Source of the DNA: an uncultured virus (IMG/VR IMGVR_UViG_3300047462_000385)
Lineage: Duplodnaviria; Heunggongvirae; Uroviricota; Caudoviricetes
Length of the DNA: 64,000 nucleotides
Strand: one strand, 5' to 3'
Virus record (IMG/VR): IMGVR_UViG_3300047462_000385
Location: 62,001 to 126,000 of that record
Below the pieces are notes generated by a model, which made no database searches, was not told where the DNA came from, and worked only from the letters and a program-made list of their open reading frames with translations. A program made the translations under genes and the position numbers. This document shows positions 59,550 through 64,000 of this stretch, one piece after another; the stretch's first letter is position 1, and the number at the start of each line of letters is the position of its first letter.

Positions 59550-60139
59550 ACTTCCTTTATCATGATGTGCAGAACGTTTTCTTTTTCATCAATTTCATCC
59601 CAAAAAATTCTATCAACTTTAGGGTTGCTCATAATGAATTTTTCTAACTTGTCTTTATTATATTTATTATGATACAAATCTTCCTCGACCCAATAATCTA
59701 TTTTATCATCTGCATTATCTGGTTTAATAAACCAACCAATTAAAACTTCCTTTTTAGCAGCTCTGATGAATTCATTAATAGTTTTTTCATAATAGGAAAG
59801 GTGTTCTATAACTCCACGACAATATACACATTCATAAGAGCTGTCTTTCAGTGGCAAGTTTACTTCAAGCTCAGCCTCTACCATCTTGATACCAAGATTT
59901 TTGTTCTTGTCAACTAAGTATGTACAGCTATCTAATCCAGTATAATCCACATCATACTGATCATTTTTATATCCAAAATATTCTGTCGCAAGTCCACAAC
60001 CACAATCAATAATTGATTTGTAACCTGTGGCAGCAACATATTTTCTACAAAATAGTTTTGTTGGTTGATCAAAATCTCCAATCCAACCCTCAAAGTCAGA
60101 CATTCTATTTACTACATTTTTATTCCACCAAGTTGTCAT
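59546..60139 (-). CDS. Class I SAM-dependent methyltransferase
   Basis: IIDCGCG, TGLD, VIEHL. Confidence 0.85.
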   Translation of the reverse strand: MTTWWNKNVVNRMSDFEGWIGDFDQPTKLFCRKYVAATGYKSIIDCGCGLATEYFGYKNDQYDVDYTGLDSCTYLVDKNKNLGIKMVEAELEVNLPLKDSSYECVYCRGVIEHLSYYEKTINEFIRAAKKEVLIGWFIKPDNADDKIDYWVEEDLYHNKYNKDKLEKFIMSNPKVDRIFWDEIDEKENVLHIMIKEV

Positions 60140-60816
60140 ACTGCCGCCTTCTCTTGTTCTTTTTGCTCTAGGTGTAGTTCACAATCAGTTTTCTTTTGGA
60201 AATGTATTCCTATTTGAGCTTTTCTTTCTAGATAGTACATTTTCATTTTGAAATTTTCTGGAAGGAAAGGTATTACTGTATTATATAGTGTATAAGGTGA
60301 AAACCAATATTTATGATCAGGATGAACCATCTCTAATGCATATTCATCATCACAAAATATTTGAGCAACACTCATATTAGGTACAGTAATTAAATATTCT
60401 TTAGATTTAACTGAAAATATGTCTTTAAGAAAAGAATTAACATTTGGAACGTGTTCTATTACTTCTGGAACTAAAACTATATCATATTCCTCTTTTACAT
60501 CCTCATATGATGTAAAATAGGTTCCAGGACATGCCTCTAAAAGTTTTTTGGTAGTTTCAACATCAATATCTAATCCGTGCAAGACGGTAGTGGGAGCGGG
60601 TGACTCGTCGCTATTTTGATATATTTTTGATAGATAAATATGAAGATTAGATTCGGGATCATACACCATCGAATCGGCGCAACCTATATGTAGAACCCTC
60701 TTTCCAAGACATGTTTTTGCGAAGAATTCAAATCTCCACTCTCTAATATTAGAAATATTTATTTTTTGATTATAGAAGTTGCTGGTTTTCTCGTATATCG
60801 TCATAATTTTGTCCAT
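60136..60816 (-). CDS. Class I SAM-dependent methyltransferase
   Basis: VLHIGC, GLDID, EVIEHV, ITVPN, HPDH..WFS. Confidence 0.85.
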   Translation of the reverse strand: MDKIMTIYEKTSNFYNQKINISNIREWRFEFFAKTCLGKRVLHIGCADSMVYDPESNLHIYLSKIYQNSDESPAPTTVLHGLDIDVETTKKLLEACPGTYFTSYEDVKEEYDIVLVPEVIEHVPNVNSFLKDIFSVKSKEYLITVPNMSVAQIFCDDEYALEMVHPDHKYWFSPYTLYNTVIPFLPENFKMKMYYLERKAQIGIHFQKKTDCELHLEQKEQEKAAV

Positions 60817-61514
60817 TGGGAAGGCAACAAATCTCTCGTATCATGTGGCAAATTCGGTCCAAACCATCTTTGAGGTGCAATTACAATTTTAGAGGGATTC
60901 TTATTTAAGTAAGCTCCCCACCAAGAAAAACTGCTATTAGCTATAATTGTGTGTTCACAGCTCAACATCAATGCCAAATCTTCTACTGGTGACTTGCCTT
61001 CTGAAAATGTAATGTTATCACCTTGAAAATTTGCTTTACACCAAGCCATATCATCAGAAAATATAATATAATTCTTAGTTGCTGTCATTTGCATAGCTTT
61101 TGAGTAATAATCCATACCCAACTGAACATACTCCTGTTTAAGATTTAAGTAATCACCACGCCTAATATGTACTGCAGTATGATCCCATTGAATAGGTCCA
61201 CCTACTTTAGGAGTTAGTAAATTTTGTATTATATCTTGAGACCTAATAAAATACTTTTCGGATTGAAAAAATCCTTCCAAATTTAAGTTGGGTCGATAAG
61301 GAATCGGGGTGTACACGAAACCCGATTCTTTATATGTCTCTAAATTAGGAATGTTGTTGGAAAAACAACGAGTTAAGCTAAAATAGGAAGAATATTCCCA
61401 TTCTGGGAACATATATTCTTCATTATTTTCAACAGCCAACGATATTGTTGTAGCTATTTGAAATAATTGGTTTCCCAACCTTCCCATATTTCCTAAGTTT
61501 TTGAACGAAATCAT
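60801..61514 (-). CDS. GT11 alpha-1,2-fucosyltransferase
   Basis: GRLGNQLFQ, G.FQSEKYF, VHIRRGDY, FSDD..WC, IIANSSFSWWGAYL. Confidence 0.93.
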   Translation of the reverse strand: MISFKNLGNMGRLGNQLFQIATTISLAVENNEEYMFPEWEYSSYFSLTRCFSNNIPNLETYKESGFVYTPIPYRPNLNLEGFFQSEKYFIRSQDIIQNLLTPKVGGPIQWDHTAVHIRRGDYLNLKQEYVQLGMDYYSKAMQMTATKNYIIFSDDMAWCKANFQGDNITFSEGKSPVEDLALMLSCEHTIIANSSFSWWGAYLNKNPSKIVIAPQRWFGPNLPHDTRDLLPSQWTKL

Positions 61515-63916
61515 CCGCGTATATCCTGGTGATTTTTATCTAAGAGCAAGATTTTAGGATGAAAGTTATTGGAACCCCACTGTCTTCGATAATACTCTAT
61601 ATTTGATTGAGGGTAGTGATAACTTGGAGACAATACTATATCTGGTTCATTGTCCAAGAAATACCTATTGATAGCCGTTTCATCATGCCAAACTGGAGTT
61701 ATTCCATTGGCTAAGTCTTTGTCAATCATCTCACTACACCAGCGGGATAAGTTTAGATAACTGTCGCGTTGTCCACCACTGAAACCACCACCGAAGTAGT
61801 ATTTGTAACGTTTAGGATATTCAACTGGCACGTAAAGAGATGATTGTGGATTATGCTCATATGGACCTTGAGAGCTAAAGTATCCGCAGTGTCTTACTCC
61901 AACCAAGTTGCCAAGAATTTCGGTAGATATGTTGTCAACAAACAAACAGTCTACGTCCACGTAGTATAAGAAATCTTGTTTGCTAAATTGGCTAGCGTAA
62001 TTTGTAAAATGCTTGAATCTATCCATGCTGGCATGTGGGAAAGGCTTATGATCAATATGTATTTGTACTACATTTCTATTGGTTTCAATTTGATTATTAG
62101 TATCACTAAATACATAGTAAGTAACTTGGAATCTATCATTTAAGAAATACTTATCTGCCGAAGAGATGAGTCCTTGAATAAATTTTTGATACTTATTGGT
62201 TGCAATAAGCAACAATCCAACCGCAATCTTTGGTGGTGGTGGTCTCTCTGTTTTGGCGTACTTCGGCATGTTCCTAATGTACGAATCCAGACTTTGTTGC
62301 AATTGACGACTGACTTTATGATCGTTAATTGGATTATCAAGATTGTAAACGTATAGAATATCAGACAAGAATTGAGAATGATCTCCAGACATTTCTAGCA
62401 TTGGGAACATGATAGCAAAGTCCCAAGTCATTTGGAAGAAATTGCCATTCTGCTGCAAGTCTTCTTTGTTGATCTTCTTGAATAGCCATGCATAGAAAGT
62501 TCTTAAGTGAGAAGCTCCCCAAGTTGTATGTCTGAATGCTCCAGTATTTACGATGTGAGGCGGATAAGGTGCAGCCACACCAGTGCTACCATCCGTACTA
62601 TTCTTATATTGTCCGTAAGTCATCCAAATGTCGCGGCTAGAATAAATCTGTTTTAGACGATTCAACACATTGTCATCTGGAAACCAATCATCACCATCTA
62701 GTGTAAGAATGATTTCATCGTCATCACAGCTATGAATCATATTATACAAATTTGCTAGTGCGCCGATACGGTTCACATTTTTAATTAGTGTAACCTTGTC
62801 GGCGCGAGGTGAAGCATTAACTGCCTCACTTACTTTAGTAAAAGTATCATCACTGGAACAGTCGTCAGTAAATATAATTCTAAATTGATCATAGTTTTGA
62901 CTTAATGCAGAATTAATATTTTGAACACACCATTTACTATTATTATAACTTGGAATTACAATTACGAATTTCTTAATTGGACTATCCCAATTTGGAACTC
63001 CATTCGATGCTGGTGTGGGTGGTGGAATTGTTGATGTACTTGGGGCGGCGCCGTTATCCCAAATCCAATTTGCACCATCTCTCTTCCAAATTCCAACAAT
63101 TGCGCCCGCCTGACTAATCTGTCTGTTATGTGGCAAAGTGTCATTAATATTTGGAATTTGAGCGAGTCTTGGCGCATGATTATTGCCGCTAAAAGCAGGA
63201 TGAGAAAACATTATCGGAGGAGGCGCCATTGGAGGAGGAGTATAAGTACTTTGTACCGCTGGCTTAGCAAATTGAATTGGGCTGCTATTTTTAACTGCAA
63301 ACCAAATTCTTCTTCTTAAAATACTAGTATCTCCAGTATTTTGAACTTGCCAATCATATGTAAAATTACCAGCATTGAACTTAGCATTATCGACACGTTT
63401 GAAGTTCATACTGCATTCGGTTAACACTCTTTCAATTGCTGCCGCTGTTGGTCTTGAACTAACACCATTAACTGACAAATCAAAAATGTTTTTATTTTCA
63501 GAAGAAATAATACATTTATTTGGATCATCTGAGTCACAGACAGCTGTTTCCAATATCAAGTGAGTTGTAGATGCACATACTGCCCTCAAATGAGCTTCAT
63601 AGTCTCTTACGTGACAAAGCAATCCCAAATCTAAAATAACATCAAATTTCTTATTAGGAAAAGGCCAATCTCTATCCAAATCGGCTTTGATTGTTTTTAA
63701 TCCGGGGAATTTCTTTCCAGCTGTTTGTAAATGTTCTTGTCTAGCATCTAATGCTAAAACATCTGCTCCCAAGCGATACAAGGCTCCAATAATATCGCCT
63801 TGACCACAACCTAAATCTAATACTTTTTTGAAGTACCAAAACTTATGTCCGCCATAAAATTCAAGGATTCCCTTAATACGCTTCTGATTCCACTCTAGGT
63901 ATTTTCCGTCAAACAA
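61511..63916 (-). CDS. Fusion: methyltransferase + Pro-rich linker + GT2 + GT6 glycosyltransferase
   Basis: VLDLGCG; VIPSYN...DD.S.D...LDGDD; IATNKY...YVFSD...DVD...YYFGGGFSGG...WHDE...LSPSY...K. Confidence 0.9.
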   Translation of the reverse strand: MFDGKYLEWNQKRIKGILEFYGGHKFWYFKKVLDLGCGQGDIIGALYRLGADVLALDARQEHLQTAGKKFPGLKTIKADLDRDWPFPNKKFDVILDLGLLCHVRDYEAHLRAVCASTTHLILETAVCDSDDPNKCIISSENKNIFDLSVNGVSSRPTAAAIERVLTECSMNFKRVDNAKFNAGNFTYDWQVQNTGDTSILRRRIWFAVKNSSPIQFAKPAVQSTYTPPPMAPPPIMFSHPAFSGNNHAPRLAQIPNINDTLPHNRQISQAGAIVGIWKRDGANWIWDNGAAPSTSTIPPPTPASNGVPNWDSPIKKFVIVIPSYNNSKWCVQNINSALSQNYDQFRIIFTDDCSSDDTFTKVSEAVNASPRADKVTLIKNVNRIGALANLYNMIHSCDDDEIILTLDGDDWFPDDNVLNRLKQIYSSRDIWMTYGQYKNSTDGSTGVAAPYPPHIVNTGAFRHTTWGASHLRTFYAWLFKKINKEDLQQNGNFFQMTWDFAIMFPMLEMSGDHSQFLSDILYVYNLDNPINDHKVSRQLQQSLDSYIRNMPKYAKTERPPPPKIAVGLLLIATNKYQKFIQGLISSADKYFLNDRFQVTYYVFSDTNNQIETNRNVVQIHIDHKPFPHASMDRFKHFTNYASQFSKQDFLYYVDVDCLFVDNISTEILGNLVGVRHCGYFSSQGPYEHNPQSSLYVPVEYPKRYKYYFGGGFSGGQRDSYLNLSRWCSEMIDKDLANGITPVWHDETAINRYFLDNEPDIVLSPSYHYPQSNIEYYRRQWGSNNFHPKILLLDKNHQDIRG

Positions 63917-64000
63917 AACTGACCTCTTCCATTCTTAATCAGACTACCACTATATATTATGAATTATTGGCGGATTTGGGCAACGGAATGTAATATGGTT

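Overview
An AT-rich, gene-dense segment, most likely from a very large (jumbo/huge) bacteriophage genome. No capsid, terminase or rRNA genes are present, so the viral origin is inferred from gene content. It contains 14 CCA-encoding tRNA genes grouped by amino acid (Leu x4, His x2, Glu x3, Arg x5) and free-standing homing endonucleases (LAGLIDADG, GIY-YIG, four HNH). It also encodes an NAD+-dependent DNA ligase, T4-like PNKP with three RNA ligases, TyrRS and two MoxR-type AAA+ ATPases with a VWA/metallopeptidase. Unusual cargo includes a complete glyoxylate shunt (aceA, aceB), a WGR-regulatory-catalytic PARP with an intact H-Y-E triad near macrodomain and NADAR erasers, an RlmN/Cfr-like radical SAM enzyme, and two iscA genes plus an iscA pseudogene. 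The last 15 kb is a glycan-synthesis island (GDP-fucose and GDP-perosamine pathways, GT11, and an MTase-GT2-GT6 fusion resembling ABO transferases). Sequence-level oddities include a homing/recombination scar at 31.3-32.9 kb, tRNA-Leu(AAG), a tRNA-Leu without a variable arm, and a tRNA-Arg with an internal tandem duplication. There is also a candidate structured ncRNA among the tRNAs, two recurring promoter classes, a shared hydrophobic C-terminal tag on unrelated orphan proteins, and no TAG stop on any credible gene. All protein calls come from motifs recognised by eye; no database search was run.
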